Shown here piece after piece: positions 49,381 through 58,294 of a stretch of DNA of 64,000 nucleotides. Made by a program: the position numbers and the translations under genes. Every line of letters starts with the position of its first letter. The stretch's first letter is position 1. The notes beneath the pieces were generated by a model. The model was not told the origin of the DNA. It did not search any database and saw only the letters and a list, made by a program, of their open reading frames with translations. This DNA comes from an uncultured Actinomycetes bacterium (GTDB taxonomy: Bacteria > Actinomycetota > Thermoleophilia > Gaiellales > JAICJC01). Location of the stretch: NCBI GenBank assembly GCA_963706075.1, contig CAVPLP010000001.1, positions 4,541 to 68,540 on the forward strand. The letters are read 5' to 3'.

Positions 49381-49812
49381 GGTGGGCGACGCGGCGCCAC
49401 TGCCACGTCGACCGTACCGCCTGCGCCTGGCTGGTACGCGCGATTTGTCGATCCGAACGCCGAGTTCGTGTTCGTCGACGACCCCGACGAGGTGCCGGCA
49501 GACGCGACGCCGTTCGACATGCGCGGCGTGGAGCTCGGCCACCACCAGGACCGCTGCAGCTTCGAGAGCTTCCTCGTCCGCTACGACCTCGACGACCCCG
49601 CGCTCAGAGACATCGGCCGGATCATCCACGAGGCCGACATCGGCGACGACCTCTACGACGCACCCGAGGCGCCCGGCCTCGACCGCCTGATCCGCGGCGT
49701 CTCGCTGACCGCACTCGACGACCACCAGCTGCTGGCCATCACCCAGCCGCTCTACGACGGCCTCTACGAGCTGCTCCGGCGATCGCACCTCCACGAGGGT
49801 CCACAGGCATGA
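49377..49812 (+). pseudogene. ChrB C-terminal-domain protein (second copy), one +1 break
   Basis: MRWATRRHCHVDRTACAWLVR, then extra nt near 49443, then FVDPNAEFVFVDDPDEVP.. (ORF 49468..49812). Confidence 0.7.
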
Positions 49813-51111
49813 GCTCTGACGCCCAGGCCGTCGACCGAAGGGACAGCGCGAGCGAGTCGCAGCTCGAGACGGCCAGGCCGACCGAGGCTGAGGCGTTCCG
49901 GTTTTGGTTGAAGCTGGGCTGCATCAGCTTCGGCGGCCCCGCCGGGCAGATCGCGATCATGCACGACGAGCTGGTCGAGCGGCGAAGGTGGATCGGCGAG
50001 CGCCGCTTCCTGCACGCCCTCAACTTCTGCATGGCCCTGCCCGGCCCCGAGGCACAGCAGCTCGCGTCCTACATCGGCTACTCGATGTACGGCGTCCGCG
50101 GCGCGATCACCAGCGGCGGCCTCTTCGTGCTGCCCTCCTTCGTGCTGCTGTGTGGGATGAGTGCCGTCTACGTCGAGTACGGCGAGGTGGCCGCCGTCGC
50201 CGGCATCGTCCGTGGCCTCGGCGCAGCGGTGATCGCGCTGGTCGCGGCCGCGGTGATCCGCGTCGGCGGCCGCGTCATCCACACACCCGACTGCGATCGC
50301 GATGGCCGCGGTCGCGTTCGGCCTGATCGTCGCCGGCGTGCCGTTCCCGATCATCATCGCCGTCGCCGCGCTGGCCGGATACCTGGCCGGCAAGCGCCAC
50401 CCGCGCCTGCTCGGCAAACCCGGCGGGCACGGAAGCGACGAGGAATCCACCGAGACGACACCGCTCGACTCCGGCCTGCGCCGCCGCTTCGTAAAGACGC
50501 TCGCGATCTGGCTCGTCCCCGTCGCCCTCCTGCTGCTGGCGGGCGGCTTCGTCGCCCAGCTCGCCGGCTTCTTCACCGTCGCCGCCCTGATCACGTTCGG
50601 CGGCGCCTACGCGGTGCTCCCGTTCGTGGCCAGCGCGGCCGTCAACCACTACGGCTGGCTGACATCCCAGGACATGGTCGCCGGGCTCGCGCTGGGTGAA
50701 TCCACCCCTGGCCCCTTGATCATGGTCAACACGTTCGTCGGTTTCGTCGCCGGCTACAACGTCGAGGGCGGACTCGCCTGGGGGCTTGCCGGCGCCACCA
50801 TCGCCACCCTCTGCACCTTCGTCCCCTCGTTCGTGTTCATCATCAGCGGCGCTCCGATCATCGACCGGGTCCGCCACACCGGCTCCTTCGCCAACTCGCT
50901 CAACGGCGTCACCATCGCCGTCGTCGGCGTGATCGCCGCCCTCGCAGTCTTCGTCGCCCGCCACGCCGCCTTCCCCGACGGTGACGCGGACTGGCTCGTC
51001 ATCCCCCTCGCAGCCGCCGCGTTCATCGGCGTCTGGCGCTTCCGCGTCGGAGTCGTCACCACCGTCGTCGCATGCGCCGCGGTCGGACTCGCCGCCAGCC
51101 TGATCGGCTGA
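49809..51111 (+). pseudogene. chrA: Chromate ion transporter, one +1 break
   Basis: The ATG at 49809 overlaps the upstream stop. First CHR half with FGGPAGQIAIMH, then extra nt 50289, then the second half (ORF 50302..51111, TFGGAYAVLPFV). Confidence 0.85.
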
Positions 51112-51145
51112 CCCATGTGCTCACGCGTGCGCACGTGATCGCGGC

Positions 51146-51189
51146 CCCACGCCATCGAGCTAAGCGGATTCGAACCGCTGACCTCCTGG
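51146..51189 (-). repeat. 44-nt copy (1 mismatch) of the tRNA-Ala 3' part plus 9 nt of its downstream flank
   Basis: CCCACGCCATcGAGCTAAGCGGATTCGAACCGCTGACCTCCTGG at 51146-51189 matches 51341-51384, which has g at the mismatch. It covers the anticodon-stem 3' strand, variable loop, T-arm and acceptor 3' strand. Confidence 0.9.
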
Positions 51190-51306
51190 ACTCAGCCGTA
51201 AGGTCGCTCCGCTCCCTGACCGCCTCGGACGGGGCCCGCTAAGCGCCCCTTGATCCAGGCGCTTGTGGCCGCGATCGCACCCAGGAGGGCAACGCCCGAT
51301 CGACTA

Positions 51307-51336
51307 CCTGAATGCCGTGGGGCCGGGCCATTCAGG
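51307..51336 (-). terminator. Hairpin just downstream of tRNA-Ala
   Basis: CCTGAATG..CATTCAGG gives an 8-bp stem (extendable), 14 nt past the tRNA 3' end. Confidence 0.4.
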
Positions 51337-51349
51337 CCCGCCCACGCCA

Positions 51350-51422
51350 TGGAGCTAAGCGGATTCGAACCGCTGACCTCCTGGGTGCGATCCAGGCGCT
51401 CTCCCAACTGAGCTATAGCCCC
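51350..51422 (-). tRNA. tRNA-Ala (anticodon CGC)
   Basis: Sense strand GGGGCTA TA GCTC AGTTGGGA GAGC G CCTGG ATCGCAC CCAGG AGGTC AGCGG TTCGAAT CCGCT TAGCTCC A. 73 nt, with the G3:U70 identity pair. CCA is not encoded. Confidence 0.95.
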
Positions 51423-51472
51423 GCGAGGGCCTCAGTATATCCCCGGGCCTGGGCCGGCCAGCGCCGTCGAGG

Positions 51473-52051
51473 CTAGGTCGAGCGCAGGACGACGCGGCCG
51501 CCGTCCGGGCCGCCGACCTTCTCCAGCGTGACCCAGCAGAAGCCCCAGTGCATGTCCGCGGAGATGGCCGAGCGCACGGTCGCATTGCCCGCCTCGCTCG
51601 TGTTGAACGTGACCGCGGAGACCTTCTCGCCGGACACCCGGAACCACATCTCGTAGTACGAGCCGCTCGGCGCCGGACGCAGGTCGTGGATCTTGACGAG
51701 CATCGGCCGCGTCCCCTGGTTCGCATTCCCGAAGTCCACGCTGGCGGATGCCCCGGTCGGCCCGGCGAGCGCCAGGGTCGTCTGCGCGTCGAACGGCGTT
51801 CCGCGCCCGCCGACGCCGATCACGAGCGCGGCGGCGGCGGCAGCGGCCATCACGGCCACCCCGGCCGAGAACCGGATGAGGCGAATCCGCGGAACGCGGG
51901 GCCGGCGAGGAGCACGGACGACAGTCCGCCGCTCGACGCCGCCGAGCGCCGCCTCGCGGGCGACATCGATCAGCCCGGACGGAACGGTGGTCGGCGCAGA
52001 CGCGGAGCGCAGAAGCTGCTCGACGCGATCGAAGTCGTCGTGGTCGCTCAT
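51473..52051 (-). CDS. Anti-sigma-K (RskA-like) factor
   Basis: 192 aa with one central TM (FSAGVAVMAAAAAAALVIGV) and an RskA-like C-terminal domain (YEMWF..VTLEK). The ATG overlaps the sigma stop (ATGA). Confidence 0.7.
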   Translation of the reverse strand: MSDHDDFDRVEQLLRSASAPTTVPSGLIDVAREAALGGVERRTVVRAPRRPRVPRIRLIRFSAGVAVMAAAAAAALVIGVGGRGTPFDAQTTLALAGPTGASASVDFGNANQGTRPMLVKIHDLRPAPSGSYYEMWFRVSGEKVSAVTFNTSEAGNATVRSAISADMHWGFCWVTLEKVGGPDGGRVVLRST

Positions 52052-52605
52052 CGCATCACCCCCCGCTCTCCCAGCACGTCCGCGAGCCGCGCGAGGGCGG
52101 TGCGGGTGCGCGTCTTTACGGTTCCCAGAGGCAAGCTCAGGCGATCCGAGATCTCGGTCTGCGAGAGACCGGAGTAGTACGCCAGCTCGATGACCTCGCG
52201 CTCGCGGTCCGGCAACGAGTCGACCGCCGCGTGCACCTCGAACGCCTCCATCTCGGCGATCGCCATCGTCTCCGGGAGCGGCCCCTGGTCAGGGACGTCA
52301 GGAGCCTCTCCGACGACCAGCGGCACACGCGCTCGGGCGGCGTCGACCGCCGCGTTCCGGGCGATTGCGAAGAGCCAGGCCGATGCCGTGCCCCGCTCGC
52401 GCCGGTAGCCGCGGGCGGCACGCCACACCGCGGCGAACGCCTCCTGCGAGACGTCGTCGGCCGCGTGGTGGTCGCGGAGCACGCGCTGGACGAGCGAATA
52501 GATCGCCCGGCTGTACCGGCTGTAGAGGATCTCGAAGGCTTCAGAATCGCGCGATATGGCGACCTGTTCGAGGAGTTGCTCGTCGGACAGGCCCCCCGGC
52601 TCCAT
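52048..52605 (-). CDS. ECF sigma factor (SigK-like)
   Basis: ATG at 52603-52605. Region 2 DVSQEAFAAVWRAA and region 4 LSQTEISDRLSLPLGTVKTRTRTAL. 185 aa. Confidence 0.85.
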   Translation of the reverse strand: MEPGGLSDEQLLEQVAISRDSEAFEILYSRYSRAIYSLVQRVLRDHHAADDVSQEAFAAVWRAARGYRRERGTASAWLFAIARNAAVDAARARVPLVVGEAPDVPDQGPLPETMAIAEMEAFEVHAAVDSLPDREREVIELAYYSGLSQTEISDRLSLPLGTVKTRTRTALARLADVLGERGVMR

Positions 52606-52959
52606 GCGGCGGAGGGTACTTGATCGCGCCCGGAACGTCCCCGGGAGGGCATAGGCTGCGGTGGTCATCTCAAGGAACATACGCAGCGCGGGCAGGACCG
52701 GTTTGTGACGAAGGCCGATCCGAGGCAGCGCCGCCGGCGGCAGGCCTTCGCCGGTGTACCGGGGCCGCTGGACGACGCCGTCCCATAACGCCGAAGAGCA
52801 GTCATCCGGCCCGGCGGCACCGCCTCGAATCAGCGACACTCCCCACGCACCGCTGCGTGGTGGTGCCACGCGCCGGCCGGGGAGGAGGGTCGCTCTCACG
52901 ATGGCCCGCGGATGCGCCCGGCGCGTCCCCCGAAACGGTATTCGAGTGAAGCGCTCGGC

Positions 52960-53376
52960 CTAGGGGAAATCGGTGCCCATGTGGGCATCCGCCGAGCCGA
53001 TGTGAAGGCCCGCCGACATGAGGTCGCGGATGCTCACGATCCCCACGAGGTCGTCGCCCTCCATCACCGGGATGTGCCGGAACCGGCGCTCGCTCATGAT
53101 CTGGGCCGCCTCGCTCGGGGAGTGATCCGGCGGCAGCGTGACCGGGTCGGAGGTCATGTACGACTGCACCTGGCCGACGTCGGGATGGCGGCTGTCGGCG
53201 ATCGCGCGCAGCAGGTCGCGCTCGGTGAAGATGCCGACGACGGCGCCCCCCTCGACGACGACGGCGGCGCCGACGTCCCGCTTGCGGAGCGCGCGCGCGG
53301 CCTCGCCCAGCGTCGCAGACGGCTCGATCGTGAGCACATCGCCGCTGGTCATGAAGTCACGCAACGTGACACCCAT
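52960..53376 (-). CDS. CBS-domain pair protein
   Basis: 138 aa with two CBS repeats (VVVEGGAVVGIFTERDLL and IPVMEGDDLVGIVSIRDLM). Confidence 0.85.
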   Translation of the reverse strand: MGVTLRDFMTSGDVLTIEPSATLGEAARALRKRDVGAAVVVEGGAVVGIFTERDLLRAIADSRHPDVGQVQSYMTSDPVTLPPDHSPSEAAQIMSERRFRHIPVMEGDDLVGIVSIRDLMSAGLHIGSADAHMGTDFP

Positions 53377-53388
53377 TGCCCGGAGATC

Positions 53389-53718
53389 CTACTCGCTCGG
53401 GGCTGGCCGCAAGCGCATCTCGAGCATCAGTTCCGCGTCGAGCGCGTCGGCGATCCGCATCAGGGTGTCGAGCTTCGGCGGCCGTCCGCCCCGCTCCAGG
53501 CGGGCGATCGCTGACTGGGTCGTGCCGCACAGGATCGCGAGCTCCTGCTGCGACATGCCCCGCCGGAGCCGGTTCTCGGCGACCATCCGCCCGACCTCGA
53601 CAAATCGCTGCTCGTGGTCGCGCCCGAGCGCCTCCGCGCGCTTGCGCAGGCCCTCGCGCATACGCTCGAGCGACTGCGTCGTGAGCCGCCTGCGATCGGC
53701 ATGAGGATGGCTCGCCAT
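53389..53718 (-). CDS. XRE-family HTH transcriptional regulator
   Basis: ATG at 53716-53718 (alternative start 53763). HTH GMSQQELAILCGTTQSAIARLERG. Confidence 0.8.
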   Translation of the reverse strand: MASHPHADRRRLTTQSLERMREGLRKRAEALGRDHEQRFVEVGRMVAENRLRRGMSQQELAILCGTTQSAIARLERGGRPPKLDTLMRIADALDAELMLEMRLRPAPSE

Positions 53719-53811
53719 GTGCGCATGGTATCGCGCCCGCGCTATCTCCGCCAGACCGCGCACTCGACCTCGGACGCAACCCGGCCCGGAGGTGTCCCGT
53801 CAGTTGCCTCG

Positions 53812-55042
53812 ATGCGGCGCGTGGCCATCACGGGGCTGGGGGCGGTGACCCCGGTCGGAAATGACCTGCGATCGACCTGGGACGCACTCGTCGCGGGACA
53901 GAGCGGCGTGGACGTGATCCGGTCCTTCGACGCGACCGATTTCCCCGTCAACATCGCTGCGGAAGTCAAGGACTTCGACCCGTCGAAGGCGATGCCGCGC
54001 GAAGGAGGTGCGCCGCACCTGGAACGACGTGCACTTCGCCGTCTCCGCGGCGCTCGAGGCGGCCGCAGACGCCGAGCTCGTCATCGACAAGCCATCGCGG
54101 ACCGGCGTCGTGATCGGGAGCGTGATGGGCGGCCTGCCCTACACGCTCCAGCAGCAGCGGATCCTCGAGGAGCGCGGCTGGGACCGCGTGTCGCCGCACT
54201 GGCTGCCGAACACGCTCGTCGACACCTCGACCAGCCACGTGGCGACGCTGCTCGGAGCCCGCGGCATCAACTACTCGACCGAGTCGGCGTGCGCCACCGG
54301 CACCCACGCGATCGGCGAGGCGACCGCTGCGATCGCCCGCGATCAGGCGGACGTCGTGCTGGCGGGCGCCACCGAGTCGTCGATGGTGCCGATCATCCTC
54401 GCGGGGTTCTGCGCGATGCGCGCGCTCGTCGACGGGCGGGACGACCCGGCTGGGGCCTCGCGGCCGTTCGATGCCACCCGCGCCGGCTTCGTGATGGCCG
54501 AGGGCGCAGCCGTCCTCGTCCTCGAGGAGCTCGAGCGGGCCCGGGCGCGCGGCGCGCGGATCTATGCCGAGATCGTCGGCTACGGCGCGTCGAACGACGC
54601 GTACCACATCGCGACGCCGCACCCGGAGTCGATCGGCGTGATCGAGATGATGCGCGACGCGCTGGAGCGGGCCGGCATGCGCCCGGACGAGGTCGACTAC
54701 ATCAATGCACACGGCACGTCGACGCCGTACAACGATGCGGCCGAGACCCAGGCGATCAAGCAGGTGTTCGGAGACCACGCATACCGGATGGCCATCTCGT
54801 CCAACAAGTCGATGATCGGCCACCTGTTCGGCGCCGCCGGGGCGGTCGAGGCGCTGGCGACGGCCCTCACGATCCACCACGGCGTGATCCCGCCGACGAT
54901 CAACCTCCACCACCCCGACCCGGAGTGCGACCTCGACTACGTCCCGAACGTGGCCCGCACCGCCGAGGTCCGCACCGGGCTCTCGAACTCCATGGGCCTC
55001 GGCGGCCACAACGCGTGCCTGATCCTGCGCCGCGTGGAGTGA
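53812..55042 (+). pseudogene. fabF: Beta-ketoacyl-ACP synthase II, one +1 break
   Basis: MRRVAITGLGAVTPVGN. After extra nt 54001 the protein continues in ORF 54008..55042 with the active-site Cys in ESACATG and the His motifs NAHGTSTP and GHLFGAAG. Confidence 0.85.
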
Positions 55043-55457
55043 CCGACGAGCGGATCCGGGTCGTCGAGCGGTTCCTGCCGACGGTGCCTCGCGGGCCGTC
55101 ACGGCGACGACCGCTCCGGGCTCGTCGAGTGGTTCGGCGGGTGCCGAGGCGCGGCGAGGTCGCAGGCGGGGATCGACCTGCCCGCCTGGCCGAGCGGTTC
55201 GCGGTGACCGGCGTCGACATCTCGGCCGAGCAGCCTTCTCCGCGCACGCCGCCTCGTTCCCGGCGCCCGGTTCGTCCACGCCGACATGACTGCGTTCGAC
55301 CCCGGCGAGGCGAGCGTCGACGGCGTGGTCGCGTGCTATTCGCTGACCCACCTTCCGGCCGACCACGAGCCGGCGATCGGGGCTCCTGGCGCGCGGTGCA
55401 GGTCTGGCCAGGGTGATCGGCCGCCGGCCGACCCGCGACCTCGCCGCTTTCCGGTAA
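55039..55457 (+). pseudogene. Degraded, truncated class I SAM methyltransferase
   Basis: The GTG at 55039 overlaps the fabF stop. Recognisable pieces lie in different frames (ARLAERFAVTGVDISAEQ; ADMTAFDPGEASVDGVVACYSLTHLP). The C-terminal third is missing. TAA at 55455-55457. Confidence 0.55.
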
Positions 55458-55482
55458 CGGGCCTACGGCAATCTACGGATGA

Positions 55483-55507
55483 AAAAACGGTGCCTGGCAC
55501 CGTTTTT
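55483..55507. terminator. Bidirectional intrinsic terminator
   Basis: AAAAACGGTGCC-T-GGCACCGTTTTT has perfect 12-nt arms with A- and T-tracts. It lies between the convergent methyltransferase remnant and clpP. Confidence 0.8.
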
Positions 55508-55510
55508 CAC

Positions 55511-56131
55511 TCAGCCGAGGCCGGTGCGGCGCGAGGGGCGCGGGGCGCGCATGCTGAACACGGCGTCGATCAGCCCGTAGTTCTGGGCCTCCTCCGGCGT
55601 CATGAAGTTGTCGCGCTGGGTCTCGGCGTGCACCTGGTCTACGGTGCGGCCCGTGTCGCGCGCCATGAGCTCCTCCATCCGCCGCTGGAGCGAGAGGATC
55701 TCGCGAGCCCGGATCTCGACGTCGGTCGCCTGGCCCTCGAAGCCGCTCGTGTGGCCCTGGTGGATCATGATCTTCGAGTTGGGGAGCGCCATCCGCTTGC
55801 CCTTCGCGCCGCCGGCGAGGAGCGTCGCGCCCATCGACATCGCCATCCCGAAGCAGATCGTCGCCACGTCGCAGCGGACGTACTGCATCGCGTCGTAGAT
55901 CGCGAGGCCGGCGTAGACGTCGCCTCCGGGCGAGTTGATGTAGAGCGCGATGTCCTTGTCGGGCTCGTCGGACTCCAGGTGGATCATCTGCGCGACGATC
56001 AGGTTGGCGATCTCGGCCGTGACCGGCGTCCCCAGGAAGACGATCCGGTCGTTCAGGAGCCGGGAGTAGATGTCGAACGAGCGCTCGCCGCGCGCCGTCT
56101 GCTCGACCACCATCGGGATGAGGGGTGCCAC
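55511..56131 (-). CDS. clpP: ATP-dependent Clp protease proteolytic subunit
   Basis: GTG at 56129-56131. Motifs: [17 protein letters not shown], active-site Ser in GMAMSMGA, and His in MIHQ. Confidence 0.9.
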   Translation of the reverse strand: MAPLIPMVVEQTARGERSFDIYSRLLNDRIVFLGTPVTAEIANLIVAQMIHLESDEPDKDIALYINSPGGDVYAGLAIYDAMQYVRCDVATICFGMAMSMGATLLAGGAKGKRMALPNSKIMIHQGHTSGFEGQATDVEIRAREILSLQRRMEELMARDTGRTVDQVHAETQRDNFMTPEEAQNYGLIDAVFSMRAPRPSRRTGLG

Positions 56132-56149
56132 GAGGCCTCCTTGGTATAG

Positions 56150-56193
56150 TGCAACCTATGAGTTGCATGATCATAGCGCAACCTAGAGGTTGC
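56150..56193. promoter_or_regulatory. Two GCAAC-N6-GTTGC palindromes (56150-56167 and 56178-56193) flanking ATGATCAT
   Basis: TGCAACCTATGAGTTGCA and GCAACCTAGAGGTTGC (7-2-7 perfect) lie in the clpP / SRPBCC-ArsR divergent region, directly upstream of the RBS GGAGG and the GTG at 56211. Confidence 0.55.
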
Positions 56194-56210
56194 CTATCCA
56201 GGAGGTTCCC

Positions 56211-56630
56211 GTGTCGGATTCCGTGACCCGCGAGACCGTGCTCGACCTCGACCGTGACGACGCCTGGCGCGCCGTGACCGACGCCGAGGAGCTCGAGCAC
56301 TGGCTGGCCGACGAGGTCGAGATCGACCTGGTCGAGGGCGGCGACCTGCACGTCCGGTTCGAGGACGGGCGCGAGCGTCACGGCACCGTCGAGGAGGTGA
56401 CCGCGCCCGAGCGCGTCGTCTTCCGCTGGCACCCGGTGCCCGAGGTCGACCTCGAGACGGTCGTCCGGATCGAGCTCGAGCCGGCCGAGCAGGGCACGCG
56501 CGTGATCGTGGTCGAGACCGGGTTCGAGATGCTGCCCGTCGCGAGCGCGCAGGCGTGCGCCGCCGTGAACGCGTGGGCATGGGAGGCCCGTCTCCAGGCT
56601 GTCGCCCGGCCGGTGCTGATCGCCGGATGA
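56211..56630 (+). CDS. SRPBCC (AHSA1/Aha1-like) domain protein
   Basis: GTG at 56211 lies 6 nt after GGAGG. The listed TTG at 56190 lies inside the palindrome. 139 aa. The stop overlaps the ArsR ATG. Confidence 0.7.
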   Translation: MSDSVTRETVLDLDRDDAWRAVTDAEELEHWLADEVEIDLVEGGDLHVRFEDGRERHGTVEEVTAPERVVFRWHPVPEVDLETVVRIELEPAEQGTRVIVVETGFEMLPVASAQACAAVNAWAWEARLQAVARPVLIAG

Positions 56631-56950
56631 CGGCCGACGCCGTCGGGGCGACCTTCGCAGCCCTCGCGGATCCCACCCGCCGGCACGTGATCGACATGCT
56701 TGCCGACCGCGACGCCGTCACTGCGAGCGAGCTCGCCCGCGACCTCCCGATCACCCGCCAGGCGGTGGCGAAGCACCTCGCGACGCTGGCCGACGCGGGC
56801 CTCGTCACCTCGCAGCGGGCGGGCCGCGAGACCCGCTACCGGCTCACGCCCGCCCCGCTCTCGGACGCCCGCGAGTGGATCGACAACGTCGGCGCGGAGT
56901 GGGACGCCCGCCTGTCGCGGCTCGCGCGGCACGTCAAGCGCGGCTCCTAG
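56627..56950 (+). CDS. ArsR/SmtB-family transcriptional regulator
   Basis: ALADPTRRHVIDML plus the HTH ELARDLPITRQAVAKHLATLADAGLV. 107 aa. Confidence 0.85.
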   Translation: MTADAVGATFAALADPTRRHVIDMLADRDAVTASELARDLPITRQAVAKHLATLADAGLVTSQRAGRETRYRLTPAPLSDAREWIDNVGAEWDARLSRLARHVKRGS

Positions 56951-56976
56951 TCCGGGAACGCGGGTATCCTGGCGGC

Positions 56977-58014
56977 ATGTCGACCGTGCGCCGGGCCAGC
57001 CCGCTCATGAGCCAGGCCGAGGCGCGCGAGCTGGGCCTCGACCGCGAGCACCTCGTCCGCCTCTACCGCGACATGCTCGCCACGCGGCTCGTCGAGGAGC
57101 GCGGCAACCTGCTGTTCAAGGCCGGGAAGCTGCCCGGGAGCTACTACACCGGGCGCGGCAACGAGGCGGCCTCCGTCGGCGTCGCGCGGGCGATGGGCGA
57201 CGACGACGTCGCTGCGCCGCTTCACCGCAACCTCGGCGTCCACCTCGTGCGCGGCGTCCCGCCGGCGGCGGTCTTCTGCCAGTTCATGGGCCGCGGCGGC
57301 GGCGCCACCCGCGGGCGCGACTCGAACCTCCGCTCGAACGACTTCGGGCCGGGCAAGGGCCTCCTGGCGGGCGTCAGCCACCTCCCGGCGATGATCCCCG
57401 TCATCACCGGCATCGCGCTCGCGTTCCAGCTGCGCCAGGAGGAGCGCGTGGCGATCGGCTGGTGCGGCGACGGCGCGGCGGCCCGTGGCGACATGCACGA
57501 GGCGATGAACCTCGCCGGCGTCCGCAACCTCCCGATCGTCTACATCATCGACAACAACCAGTACGCCTACTCGACGCCCAACCGGCTGTCGTTCGCGTGC
57601 GAGCACCTGGCCGACCGCGGCCCGGCATACGGCTTCGAGGGGATCGTCGTCGACGGCACCGATGTCGTGACGGTGTTCCGCGAGGCGCAGCGCGCGATCG
57701 AGAAGGCCCGGGAGGGCGGCGGCCCGACGATCGTCGAGCTCATCACGTTGCGGATGGAGGGGCACGCCGTCCACGACGACGCCGGATACGTGCCGCGCGA
57801 GCTCTTGGCCGAGTTCGGCTCGAGGGACCCGCTCGATCGCTTCCGCGCCTGGCTCCAGGAGGTCGAGGAGTGCTCCGACGAGGAGTTCGCCGAGATCGAC
57901 GACGACGTCCGGGCGTGGATCGACGCGGGCGTCGCGGAGGCCGAGGCGAGCCCGCCGCCCGACGCGGCGCAGATCCTCGACGGCGTGTACGCCGCGCCGG
58001 ACGCGTTAAACTGA
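56977..58014 (+). CDS. Thiamine-diphosphate-dependent 2-oxoacid dehydrogenase E1 alpha subunit
   Basis: ATG at 56977. TPP motif GDGAAARGDMHEAMNLAGVRNLPIVYIIDNNQYA. 345 aa, intact. Confidence 0.85.
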   Translation: MSTVRRASPLMSQAEARELGLDREHLVRLYRDMLATRLVEERGNLLFKAGKLPGSYYTGRGNEAASVGVARAMGDDDVAAPLHRNLGVHLVRGVPPAAVFCQFMGRGGGATRGRDSNLRSNDFGPGKGLLAGVSHLPAMIPVITGIALAFQLRQEERVAIGWCGDGAAARGDMHEAMNLAGVRNLPIVYIIDNNQYAYSTPNRLSFACEHLADRGPAYGFEGIVVDGTDVVTVFREAQRAIEKAREGGGPTIVELITLRMEGHAVHDDAGYVPRELLAEFGSRDPLDRFRAWLQEVEECSDEEFAEIDDDVRAWIDAGVAEAEASPPPDAAQILDGVYAAPDALN

Positions 58015-58021
58015 GGGCCTC

Positions 58022-58291
58022 ATGAGTGAATTCCCGTTTGGCATGTTCGGTGACCCCGAGGAGCTCCAGAAGCAGATGGCCGCGTGGATGGAGCAGGCCC
58101 AGCAGGGGCAGAAGGTCGCGTTCGCAGACCAGGCGATCAACCTCGCCGTCGGGATGACGGTCGCCGCGATCGGGCGACTCGACCTGACCGGAACCGCCGA
58201 CCAGCAGGCGAATCAGGTGCGAGACGCGATCCGCCTGATCTTCCCCGAGGCCGTCACGCTGGTGCGCGAAGCGCGCCAGGGCCTCGCCTGA
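58022..58291 (+). CDS. Hypothetical 89-aa protein
   Basis: Gln-rich, non-Arg-biased composition (MSEFPFGMFGDPEELQKQMAAWMEQAQQGQ..). No family recognised. Confidence 0.55.
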   Translation: MSEFPFGMFGDPEELQKQMAAWMEQAQQGQKVAFADQAINLAVGMTVAAIGRLDLTGTADQQANQVRDAIRLIFPEAVTLVREARQGLA

Positions 58292-58294
58292 GGC

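Noticed and set aside
44354-51190. The chromate/metal cluster as a bona fide integrative genomic island at tRNA-Ala.
   Set aside because: No integrase, excisionase, transposase or conjugation gene is present, and no distal copy of the 44-nt repeat was seen within the window. Most of the cluster has the same high GC as its surroundings.
51146-51349. A second tRNA, a tmRNA 3' end or an SRP RNA in the region after tRNA-Ala.
   Set aside because: No complementary 5' acceptor strand, D-arm or anticodon stem can be paired with the duplicated T-arm and acceptor fragment. The resemblance to the SRP GGUCAGG..GGAAG motif is weak. The region is best explained as a partial duplicate.
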